This document shows, piece by piece, positions 29,801 through 38,578 of a stretch of 57,431 nt of DNA. The notes under the pieces were generated by a model. That model had not been told where the DNA came from, searched no databases, and saw nothing but the letters and a program-made list of their open reading frames with translations. The number at the start of each line of letters is the position of its first letter. The first letter of the stretch is position 1. Source of the stretch: an uncultured virus (IMG/VR IMGVR_UViG_3300009183_000053) (lineage: Duplodnaviria > Heunggongvirae > Uroviricota > Caudoviricetes); the IMG/VR virus record IMGVR_UViG_3300009183_000053; one strand, written 5' to 3'. The translations under genes were made by a program, and so were the position numbers.

Positions 29801-32800
29801 GATAAAGAAATTAATCCTTTTGCGTTTGTAACGGAGAAAGGATTAAGGTTGACCGTTCTACTTGCCAACTTTTGAGCAATAATATTTGTTGTTGTGTAAG
29901 GCAGAGAAAAATAGTTTGTATAACCACTAGATGTTCTTCCAAAATTAAATGCTGAAATTGCACTTGCGGTTGGTCTACCCATGTTATAGGCCAGAGCTAA
30001 GTTCTTTAACGGGAAATTTTGAACAGTTTGTTTAGCTGTCATCTGTTTTGTTCTACGATTGATGGATGCTTTGAAATCGGCTGTGCCTGCATCTGCAGCT
30101 GCAAAGCTAGAAAAATCATCCACCATAATACCATTTTTAAATCTATTCAATCCATATGCGTCAGAAATTTGTAATGAATTTGCATTTTGTTCTAAAGAAT
30201 TCATCGCAGTATAGTATTCGATACGGTTAATTCTAGTATCTAAACCAGCAATATCTGACATTGTATATCGGCGGTGTTGTGGTACTTCAACAGACAAGTC
30301 GGATAGACCTGATGTTAATTCTGTTGGTACGTAACCTGTATATGGTTTGTGTGATATATTAGCCAAAATTAATGAACCATCTGGTTCATTAGGCATCAAA
30401 GGGTTTATTGAAGGTGAACCTTCTATGATTTGAATCGATTTATCTTTAGTGATAATCAATTTATCTTTACGACCAAGATAGTAAGAGTAATCACAAATAA
30501 AGGTTGTTAAATCCGCAGGTTGTAATGTACCCAATCTTGTTGAAGATGGATTTGAATAACGATATACAAAATTTACTTGTGCATTTAATCTTGCAGGCCT
30601 AAAATCTATACAGTCTCTTAACGCATAAGAATAACCATGTTTACTAATGTATACTGGTATTTCTCTGTAATCTTCTGGTGAACTGGAATTGTCTACGTAG
30701 GACATTTTACTAAAATATCCATCACCGCCAGTATGTTTATAGTAATCTAAGATAACAAGAATATTACCAGCAGGTTTGTCTGCACCTGGTTTCAAACTTA
30801 TAGATGCGTGGTCATAATAACTATCTCTTTGGCCATTATCAAATGTATAACGGTTTGTCACATCATAAGATGCATTTGTTAACATGGCCACAGTTGGCAA
30901 TATACTTGTCTTTGTATCTATAATTTTTAATACACGTTTAACATCAGACAAATATAATGATTGTTGACCTGAAGAAAGAACTCCTGCTGATTTAATGTAA
31001 ACATGTCCTTTTGAATCTACAGAATCGTCAACGTATGTGTTTGTATTTACCTGTGTAACATATCCTGATGTGTTACTGGATACAGCGGTTGTGTTTCCTG
31101 TAACTAGATTTTTAATTCTTAACACATGGCTTGTATTTGTTCCATCAACAACAAATATTTTTGCAATAATTGTTGCAGTAAATGCTGTCAAATCTGAAGT
31201 TAATGTTGCAAAGTTGGCAACAGAACCATCGCCATTTAATGTAACACTTCTACCATTAATAGTCCAAGGTATTACTTGGCCGTTTGATATAGTACTGTTG
31301 GATTGTTTATCTGTAACAAGTATAGTATAGCATTGTTCAACAACATCACCAGATAAGGTTGTACCTTCGTTACCTAGATGTTTAAGTACACCCGCATAAC
31401 TTCCAGTAAATGATAACTGAGCCGATAGTGTACTACCAGATACGTTAAATGCCACACCTTTTAATTCTTGGTAGGTTGTGTATGATGGTGAAGCAATACC
31501 TGAAACATATGGGTTACCTATCGGGTAAATCATTTCAGGTATATTTGGATTCAGGAACTCGGCATCACCTGTGGCTAAATTTCCTATCTTACCTGTGTTA
31601 TCAATTTTAGCACTTGAATATATTGTTTTTGGATATGTACCATCACTGTTCGTAAACACCATAGACTCAACATCTGGTGTATCAAAATTCAAAACATAAA
31701 CTGAAGAACTATCCGGTGTAACACTCCACGATTGACTTACTGTTGCAGCTCGTGTTGTGCCGTTATAGTTGGAGATTGTCCTAGTTTCACCAGCATTTGT
31801 ACCTTTGGTGATTGTAACATCAACACCAACATAAGCACCATCGACACTAGAGGATTTACCATTTACATTTGGTAAAATTATTGATGTTGCATTTGCTGAA
31901 ATTACATTTGATGAAATAGATTTATTAACAATATCATACACATGTGCTTTATAAACATATGTGCTTGCATCACTATTGGACGGACTACTTTGAAATTGTA
32001 GGCCACGGATGTATGCTGTTGCAACCAATGTTGAATTGTAAGTTGTTGCATTTGCGGTATTGATACTGGTATTTGCAACACAATGGAAGTCTACTGTGTT
32101 TGCGGTTGTAACTGGAAAGGTAGTTGTACCTGAACCAGCAACATTACTAACCAAGAAATAACTACCATAGTCTATGAAAGATGGTTCATTATTTTGTGAA
32201 GCGATTGTTCTTGCACGGTTGGAAATGATATTGATTGGTGATGGATTCTCAACACGATATCCATGTACATAAGCCAAACCTTTACCAACATTTAAAGTAT
32301 ATTTGGATGAATCATCTTCGTATGTTTTTGGTGTAAGTTTAAAATCATTGATGATATAATCACCATTGGTTTCGTAATCACGTTTTGCAAAATAATCATC
32401 AATGGTCGCATAAACAGAACCATCAACCATTTTATATACACTGCCATCTTCGATACGAACCAACTCAATGAACAATGAGTCATCACCAAAATATAATGGT
32501 CTAGATGATAATTGTAAATTGATTACATATCGGTCTGCACCTGGAGCCTGATAGTTGGATGCACCAACTGCTGGATCCAATAATGAATTATCATTTGCAT
32601 AATCATAAATTGTTTCGGTAATTTCCAAACCAACACGTTTTGATGGAGTGTTACCATACTTGTCGAGAATAACGGTTTGTGGAACAACTTGCACAAAGTT
32701 ACCTAGTACATAGAAAACACCTTGCGAAACAGATGCAATTGATGATGCACCAACTGCACCACTAGGCATGGCCTGACACGTTAGGTTTGAATCTGCATCA

Positions 32801-33225
32801 TAGATTATATCATTATCGGCAAAATGTGTACCTGTTTTGTATGATACAACTAACGTTATTGGGTCACCTTCACCTGCGGTACCTGTTGCAACTGCTGTCG
32901 TTAATACTCTTGCAACAACTGTGCCTGTTGCATTTCTAATTAGTTTGTCTTGAAACTGTTCAATATCAATTGTGATACTTTGATATGTGGACTGAACTTT
33001 AATATATTGTACATCAAAATTGGTTGTAACCTGGCCACCTGTAACAGGAGAATTTTGTTTAAAAATGTTGTCCGCAAAACTGGTGATTTGATTTTGTAAT
33101 ATTGTTTGTGCTTGTGTTAATTCTCTTGCTTGTACAGCAACACCGGGTTTAAACAATATGCGATGGAAGTTTTTTGTTCCATCGAAATCGTCATAATATG
33201 GATCAACGTTAAAATTTAAAGCCAT
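26845..33225 (-). CDS. Large baseplate-associated structural protein (DUF4815/VrlC-like)
   Basis: PYYDDF..FHRILFKPG.AVQARELTQ; APGADR; NRFKNG..VDDF; DPVAQTF; position after gp8. Confidence 0.85.
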   Translation of the reverse strand: MALNFNVDPYYDDFDGTKNFHRILFKPGVAVQARELTQAQTILQNQITSFADNIFKQNSPVTGGQVTTNFDVQYIKVQSTYQSITIDIEQFQDKLIRNATGTVVARVLTTAVATGTAGEGDPITLVVSYKTGTHFADNDIIYDADSNLTCQAMPSGAVGASSIASVSQGVFYVLGNFVQVVPQTVILDKYGNTPSKRVGLEITETIYDYANDNSLLDPAVGASNYQAPGADRYVINLQLSSRPLYFGDDSLFIELVRIEDGSVYKMVDGSVYATIDDYFAKRDYETNGDYIINDFKLTPKTYEDDSSKYTLNVGKGLAYVHGYRVENPSPINIISNRARTIASQNNEPSFIDYGSYFLVSNVAGSGTTTFPVTTANTVDFHCVANTSINTANATTYNSTLVATAYIRGLQFQSSPSNSDASTYVYKAHVYDIVNKSISSNVISANATSIILPNVNGKSSSVDGAYVGVDVTITKGTNAGETRTISNYNGTTRAATVSQSWSVTPDSSSVYVLNFDTPDVESMVFTNSDGTYPKTIYSSAKIDNTGKIGNLATGDAEFLNPNIPEMIYPIGNPYVSGIASPSYTTYQELKGVAFNVSGSTLSAQLSFTGSYAGVLKHLGNEGTTLSGDVVEQCYTILVTDKQSNSTISNGQVIPWTINGRSVTLNGDGSVANFATLTSDLTAFTATIIAKIFVVDGTNTSHVLRIKNLVTGNTTAVSSNTSGYVTQVNTNTYVDDSVDSKGHVYIKSAGVLSSGQQSLYLSDVKRVLKIIDTKTSILPTVAMLTNASYDVTNRYTFDNGQRDSYYDHASISLKPGADKPAGNILVILDYYKHTGGDGYFSKMSYVDNSSSPEDYREIPVYISKHGYSYALRDCIDFRPARLNAQVNFVYRYSNPSSTRLGTLQPADLTTFICDYSYYLGRKDKLIITKDKSIQIIEGSPSINPLMPNEPDGSLILANISHKPYTGYVPTELTSGLSDLSVEVPQHRRYTMSDIAGLDTRINRIEYYTAMNSLEQNANSLQISDAYGLNRFKNGIMVDDFSSFAAADAGTADFKASINRRTKQMTAKQTVQNFPLKNLALAYNMGRPTASAISAFNFGRTSSGYTNYFSLPYTTTNIIAQKLASRTVNLNPFSVTNAKGLISLSPNVDNWVDTTYSPSLLIVDPNLHIWQSSNTINTLVSGDWQTVSGTTTLLSQSTSTNSFAVNHENHGRFDGPYGRNVGYTENITDTTVTSTYQTTQNQSQNNLMGAYSQVDNTYSLNNGYINDISILPWIRPQEIVVASTGLLYKTEVHSFFDTILVDNYLRKGNTIELTNVVGTFNSGDIVGYYTSGTFVPTGIIIGTYDYPGSNNMRLYVAADGKTTTYHNGNALQNAFFNAEGVYQTSTAQGTFSSQTHNGGLIQTVSSTTTLTLSTLASSTSTDYIGSTLYITAGSGQGQSAIVTGYNGTTKVITLTTAISCSVNDVYSIGKLQTNEEGSVFGIFTVPGNTFHSGSRVFRIDNRFNGNEETVTTFAEGTFYASGLQTNKQNIDFGASPSGAKDVFTQVNKRDLVLPAFTKNNTSRSVWYSPYDPVAQTFIIDGDNFANGAYISSVKVFFKTKPTSDAAPVTLSIVGTLNGYPNGSTLDNSIITLPAYKINVSESPQYLDETTYTEFVFDSPVYIQSGSLYAMILKSSSNEYTLYTAANGDTALPSSVKNLATDPYPSSITKINSAPYVGALFISQNAQTWTADQNQSLMFTVERAKFDTTKTPSIRMIVPKKLPQRGLIENNIDYFTNANTMVNNVVLTTNDDVLVDAFNLSTTDFIPPSTTITYTYAATLQSGTETPEVNINPGKYGTTMYEHIYLNDNKGERILKSNSTTSFSMYGYLESTDDAVSPIISDAGTSLFAIQYDINNCELSNSLISITNGGSGYNASCTSVTISSPTGKNGEQAYATANVVSGVIDHIYITSPGSGYIETPTVTILDANNTPGTGATATIAGETSVKGGPAETRYLTKKVVLDGGFDSGDLSVYLSAYRPVGTDINVYYKVLSRNDTQAFDDGYWQLMTKTNSSDGTYSQSRSDVREYTFAPGNSGKDQGFISYLSTNGQTYYTFSQFAIKIVLTTTDKTLVPYLSDVRTIALPPNTNTTF

Positions 33226-33234
33226 TTTTTTCCC

Positions 33235-34614
33235 TTAGAAACCTAATACGAATCTGAATTGTTCTATGCCATCAGTACTTCTTTGAACACCGGATCTATT
33301 CTGTACATAAATCATATAACCAGAATGAACTGCAAAATTTGGAGTACTGTATGACAATAATGTTCTTGTTGTCTTTGAATCTTGTCCAAATATTGGACTG
33401 TTATTTGCTGGAGTGCCTGTTGTATTTATCAGCTTAATTAAATTGGAACCACCATCAAAACTTAAAACGTTTGCATAAAATGATGGATTGGCCAAAGTAC
33501 CTTGATATACAAACTCATCAGGTGTGTATCCTGCATCTGAACCTGGAGCCACGACAATGTTTGTTGTCGTGCTGTAGATAATGCCATTGGCTGGAGTTGG
33601 ATTATATTGTTTTGTAGTTGGATTTACCAATATACCAACTTGGTGATAATCTATATCTGTTGGCACAAAACCATTTTCATCACCATCAAACTCAGCGGTC
33701 AACATAACATGTTCGCAACCTAATTCAGAAATAGGATCAAAACCGTGGCCACCAATTGGTGATGTTGCCCATGTAACGTTGGCATTACTACCTATTGCGG
33801 AAGTTACTGCAATATTGGCATAGGTATAGTTACTACCTGGATTTACCACAATAATATCTCTAACTGAACCACCATTCACCAATGATTGCACGTTTGCGGA
33901 TGCGCTTGCACCTGTGCCGTCACCTGTGATAGTAACATACACGACCGCATTGACCGTGTCGTATCCTGACCCACCATTTATGACGTTGATAACATCTATA
34001 CTACCCGCACCTGCACTGGTAACTAATGGATTAGGAGTGTTTGACCCTATTTGCACAGGCATCCACTCTTTGTCCATAAACTTAAGTTTTAGGCCAGTGT
34101 CGATGGTGTACATAAATTTCCATTTGTAACCATCGTCACCTTGGAAGATTCTATTAGCTGAGTATGTACCAGGTTCAAAATACGGTTCTCTTGTTGATGC
34201 GCCAGCGTTGTTGTTCCATAAACACTTGAACACTTGGTCGTATTTGTTTTTGACGTAGAATGTTTTGGTTATAAAACCGTTTGCATCTTTGACCAACATA
34301 TCAACATCGTCACGGAAATAATCATATACTATACCTGTAGTCCAATTCACTCGTTGGATGACTGGTGAAATATCACTGGTCTTAATTTTTTTTGCAACAA
34401 AGATGTTCTTTTGAATTTGTTTCATTGACTTCAAGTCACCTGTTGGTGTAACAGGATTATTATTGTCTGCCCATGGAGTTGGCTTGGCCAAGAAACAATA
34501 GTAAGAATGAATTGGTATTGTAATTGCAGGCGGTACTACTGCAACTGGTGCATAATACAAAAGGTCTATTTGAGAAACCTTTGATGCGCTTGTGAGTATA
34601 TTTTTATTTGCCAT
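33235..34614 (-). CDS. gp8: Baseplate wedge subunit gp8
   Basis: FYV.N..VFKCL.N..P..DGYKWKFMYTI; P.GGHG.D...ELG; synteny after gp7. Confidence 0.85.
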   Translation of the reverse strand: MANKNILTSASKVSQIDLLYYAPVAVVPPAITIPIHSYYCFLAKPTPWADNNNPVTPTGDLKSMKQIQKNIFVAKKIKTSDISPVIQRVNWTTGIVYDYFRDDVDMLVKDANGFITKTFYVKNKYDQVFKCLWNNNAGASTREPYFEPGTYSANRIFQGDDGYKWKFMYTIDTGLKLKFMDKEWMPVQIGSNTPNPLVTSAGAGSIDVINVINGGSGYDTVNAVVYVTITGDGTGASASANVQSLVNGGSVRDIIVVNPGSNYTYANIAVTSAIGSNANVTWATSPIGGHGFDPISELGCEHVMLTAEFDGDENGFVPTDIDYHQVGILVNPTTKQYNPTPANGIIYSTTTNIVVAPGSDAGYTPDEFVYQGTLANPSFYANVLSFDGGSNLIKLINTTGTPANNSPIFGQDSKTTRTLLSYSTPNFAVHSGYMIYVQNRSGVQRSTDGIEQFRFVLGF

Positions 34615-34618
34615 GGTT

Positions 34619-34626
34619 TATTTATT
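34619..34626 (-). promoter_or_regulatory. Late promoter-like box AATAAATA before gp8
   Basis: NATAAATA 4 nt before the ATG. Confidence 0.6.
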
Positions 34627-35440
34627 ATGCTCGAGTGATAGCTACAAAAGTATTTTGTGTTGTTCCATCAACACACATATATCTTGCTAAAATAGTTGAT
34701 GTTGCTGGTATCGAATATGTTGTTGCATTAATTGTTGAGTTTAATGCAGAAACACCGTGTGTAAACACTTGGCTGGTAGCTGCAGTATTTGTAATCCACG
34801 CAACAACTTCTTTACCTGTTAATAAATTAGATAACGTTACTACCAATCCTGCAGCAGTCTGAGCTCGCACCATTGATTGTGTTGACATGTTAATTGTAAT
34901 TGCAGTCTGAGCACTAGCTAAAACTGTCGGTGTATGAACGAAACCGTTTTTTGGTTCAACATAACCAGTGATGATTAGGTCACCAGCAAATGTGCCACTT
35001 GTATTTGCTAATGCGTTGTTTGCTTTGGTGAATGCTGAATTAGCAAATGTTGCTGTGGTATTTTGTGCTGTATAAGAGGCATTGGCTCTTAAGAAAGCAC
35101 CGTTTGCAAATGTTGCAGTAGTATTTTGTGAATCATATGATGCATTAGCCGTTACAAATGCACCATTAGCAAAAGATGCAGCACTGTTGGCTTGTATATA
35201 ACCAGAGTTCGCTCTTGTGAAGGCACCGTTAGCAAAATTGCCAGCAGAATTTGCAACACTGGATGGTGTATTTGCCTGTAAGAAAGCCGCCTGTGCAAAT
35301 GCATCAGACAATTGAAAAATTTGTTCTAGTGTGTATGAATTGGTGCTGCCTGCTTCCAAGTTCACACCAACAAAAATTGTATTTGCTTTGTTGGTTGTTG
35401 TACTACCCTGTGTTAATTGCGAAATTTTTACTGTTGACAT
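34625..35440 (-). CDS. Asn/Ala heptad fibre with VKISQL N-terminus inserted between gp7 and gp8
   Basis: Translated sequence. Confidence 0.7.
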   Translation of the reverse strand: MSTVKISQLTQGSTTTNKANTIFVGVNLEAGSTNSYTLEQIFQLSDAFAQAAFLQANTPSSVANSAGNFANGAFTRANSGYIQANSAASFANGAFVTANASYDSQNTTATFANGAFLRANASYTAQNTTATFANSAFTKANNALANTSGTFAGDLIITGYVEPKNGFVHTPTVLASAQTAITINMSTQSMVRAQTAAGLVVTLSNLLTGKEVVAWITNTAATSQVFTHGVSALNSTINATTYSIPATSTILARYMCVDGTTQNTFVAITRA

Positions 35441-35443
35441 TGT

Positions 35444-38400
35444 TTACCCCAATAGGATTGAATTTTCATCTTCTGTTATTAATGTATCACCACTTTCTGT
35501 GGCAAGTTCTGGCATATATGGTACTCCAGCTGAACCATATAATTCAATTTGACTTGATGATACGGTACTGTTTGCAATGAAGGTTCTTTTCACAGCCATA
35601 TAAGAATTTGTCGTTGAGGTTAAATTAGTTGACAAATATATTTTTTTGTTTATATAATCAACTGTATTAACTACCTTACTTGAATTATTATCAACAAGAA
35701 CAATGTCACCACGATAAACAATATCTCTTATTGGATAATTTGGATCACTATAGTTTCCATTGTTCATCAAGTCATACAGACCGGTTAAAGATGTAATATT
35801 TAGTACGTTTGAACCAGAGTTACCTGTTACCACGGCAACGTTTGCATAGGTCAGCCAAACATTACTTGCAAGTGTAACTATACTTGTTTCATTGTTAACT
35901 GAAACAATTTCCGAATATACATTTGGTCCATTTTTAGTTTTAATAAGAATGTGTGTATTTGGAGTAAATATTTGCTGTAAGTTTGCACCATTTGTTTGAT
36001 TGATTTTAATTTTGTTATTACTTTTATTCGTAAAATCTGTTACAATTGTTACCACATTTTCTACATTCATATTAATATAATAAGACCATGGTTTACCTAG
36101 ATACATTGCTTCATAAACATGTGAACTTATATTATTGTTTGATTTTAAACCATAACGTCCTAACACATTTGTTCCTACAGGATGTAACAGACCTAAAAGA
36201 ACTTCTCTGTATTTTGAAATCTCTTTATCAACTGTAATCAAATAGGTAAAGTTATTGTACTTATCGTCCTGCATAATGTCGAATGAACTTGGTTGTCCTT
36301 GTGAGGTCAAATACTGACCATCACCAATGACCAGTCCATTTAAGAATGTTGCGTTTGCTTTTGCTGAACCGTCACCATATGAAATGTAACCTTGTTTGTT
36401 ATAGTTTCTGGTGTATACTGTTCTATTGCCTGATGCATCAAAGTAACTATATGATTTTTCAAATTGCGGAAATGCCGAGTTGGCCATCTTGAGATTGATG
36501 TTTCTATCTTCACCTAATATCTTCAATGTTAAATTTGGATTTGGATTTGCATTGTAGTTAAACACTTGTAGATTGTACAGTGACAATTGTGTGTTTGCAT
36601 CTGGAGCCAATAACGATACTGAATTAACTCTGGCGGTATATGTTGATAGGTTGATTGTCGGACCTTGATAGATGACCTCACCTTTACGTGGTAGATTTTC
36701 AATCGCAACGTTTGACACAACAATATCTTGTATCTTTAATGATACGCCTGGTTGTGATGAGTAATCTTCGCCATAATTTTGTATGCCAATTGTAGTAACT
36801 GAACCAACTCGGTCAACAACTAAAGAGAAGTCAGCACCAGTGCCTAGTATTCCAGGTACTGTTAAGATTGCACCAGATGCTCGTGCGTTTGCTGATTGTA
36901 CACTTACTGAGGGTAGAAATTCATTTTTGTAACCTGTTCCACCTAATGTATAGAGTGGAAATGGATTGGCTGGATTATAAAAATAAGATACTCCTGTTAT
37001 GGTACCGTTCGCACCAACGCTGGTAACGTTTGCGTATGCACCTCGACCAGAACCTCCACTGAAAACTATTCTATCGTTTGCTTGATACCAACCTCCACCA
37101 TTAATGATTTGAATTGGTGCAAGTATACCAAGCGGTGCAATATCAGAACGTAAGGCTGAATAAACATCAAATTCATCTTCAGTTTTTATAGTAGATATAA
37201 CTTCTACTTCAGGCACAGTAGAAATACCGCCGCCACCATTGTCAACAATCATACTGAATATTGAACTTGTCTCTAATGAACCAAAAGAAAGTGCATCAAT
37301 CAATCTTGTGTTTGCATTTGCACTTGCCATGTTTGCAAAAAAGAAATTACTATTGCTAATTAAAACATTACTTTTGAATCCAATAACATCAGTTGTAATG
37401 TAACCAACATTTGCTCTTGCATTACCAGGTGAAGATGCTGTTGTTATAACTGCACCACTAGCCAAAGCATTAGATGATTGTACTGTTGCGGTAAGACTGA
37501 CAACAGCCTGTGCATTTACAGAAGGTACATATTTAATACCTGTAATTGAACCGTTTGCACTAACACTAGTAACATAAGCAAAGGCCGCATTAGCATAATT
37601 CACTCTATCATTTATTCTATAACCTGAACCGCCATTAACAATAGTGTAAGATGGTGGTAAGAAATTAGACAAAGCATATACGTTTGCTCTAGCACCTCCA
37701 CCACCAATCACTGTAACAACGGTGTTTGGTTTTAAAGTATAACCAAAACCACCATTAACAACATTGATACGTTGTAGAGAACCTCTTGTTGTTTCTGAAA
37801 CAATAGCAGATGCACCAACACCAGTCGTGTCATCATCCATACCATCATAAACAACAACAGGATCACCTGGTTGGTATAAAGAACCACGTTTAACGGAGTT
37901 TATTTTAATTTGACTGATTTGACCTACAATTTTTGCTGTAAGTATTTGACCGTTAAACAACACATCTTGATTGTTTGAATCAACTATCTTAACAAATTCT
38001 CCAGACTCAAACAGACGTTCAATATCTGAGATAAAGATTTCAGTTTTATCACCAACCAATACTGCGGCTTCAATTGTTGCAATAGATTTTGATTCTAAAC
38101 CAAACACTCTTAAGTTTTTGGTGTTTAAAAAATTACGGTTACTTGATGCAAGTTTTAAACTCTTTGAAACATACCATGTACCAGCTGATGCTTTGAATAC
38201 GGCTTCTTTGGTATTAAATACTTCAAAATCGGAATTGAAAAGAACACGAAAAAGAAACTCATACGATGCCGGTGTACCTTTGGTTTTATATAACTGTCTG
38301 GCAACTTTAACCGTTTCTTCTTTGCTTAATAGAGTATCTTTTGGAAAGAAAGGTAAAAAATCATTCGTAAAGTAATCTAAAAATTCTTCTGTTGTTGTAT

Positions 38401-38578
38401 CAATATCTTTATATGATAACAAATTCTGAGTTCTTTCCGATACCTTTCCCGTTTCTTCCATCCATTCATAGTATGCCTTAATGAATGTGTGAAAGTTTAT
38501 ATATTGGTCATTGTCACGAATGTGCTCAGGTAACTGGTCTTTAACCAGTAAAGAGGTTAGTTGGCCGTTTTCTATCAT
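35444..38578 (-). CDS. gp7: Baseplate wedge initiator gp7-like
   Basis: QLPEHI..FIKAYYEW; Y.TKGT..S..FLFRVLF; QD..YNNFTY; LLHPVGT; synteny after gp6. Confidence 0.8.
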   Translation of the reverse strand: MIENGQLTSLLVKDQLPEHIRDNDQYINFHTFIKAYYEWMEETGKVSERTQNLLSYKDIDTTTEEFLDYFTNDFLPFFPKDTLLSKEETVKVARQLYKTKGTPASYEFLFRVLFNSDFEVFNTKEAVFKASAGTWYVSKSLKLASSNRNFLNTKNLRVFGLESKSIATIEAAVLVGDKTEIFISDIERLFESGEFVKIVDSNNQDVLFNGQILTAKIVGQISQIKINSVKRGSLYQPGDPVVVYDGMDDDTTGVGASAIVSETTRGSLQRINVVNGGFGYTLKPNTVVTVIGGGGARANVYALSNFLPPSYTIVNGGSGYRINDRVNYANAAFAYVTSVSANGSITGIKYVPSVNAQAVVSLTATVQSSNALASGAVITTASSPGNARANVGYITTDVIGFKSNVLISNSNFFFANMASANANTRLIDALSFGSLETSSIFSMIVDNGGGGISTVPEVEVISTIKTEDEFDVYSALRSDIAPLGILAPIQIINGGGWYQANDRIVFSGGSGRGAYANVTSVGANGTITGVSYFYNPANPFPLYTLGGTGYKNEFLPSVSVQSANARASGAILTVPGILGTGADFSLVVDRVGSVTTIGIQNYGEDYSSQPGVSLKIQDIVVSNVAIENLPRKGEVIYQGPTINLSTYTARVNSVSLLAPDANTQLSLYNLQVFNYNANPNPNLTLKILGEDRNINLKMANSAFPQFEKSYSYFDASGNRTVYTRNYNKQGYISYGDGSAKANATFLNGLVIGDGQYLTSQGQPSSFDIMQDDKYNNFTYLITVDKEISKYREVLLGLLHPVGTNVLGRYGLKSNNNISSHVYEAMYLGKPWSYYINMNVENVVTIVTDFTNKSNNKIKINQTNGANLQQIFTPNTHILIKTKNGPNVYSEIVSVNNETSIVTLASNVWLTYANVAVVTGNSGSNVLNITSLTGLYDLMNNGNYSDPNYPIRDIVYRGDIVLVDNNSSKVVNTVDYINKKIYLSTNLTSTTNSYMAVKRTFIANSTVSSSQIELYGSAGVPYMPELATESGDTLITEDENSILLG

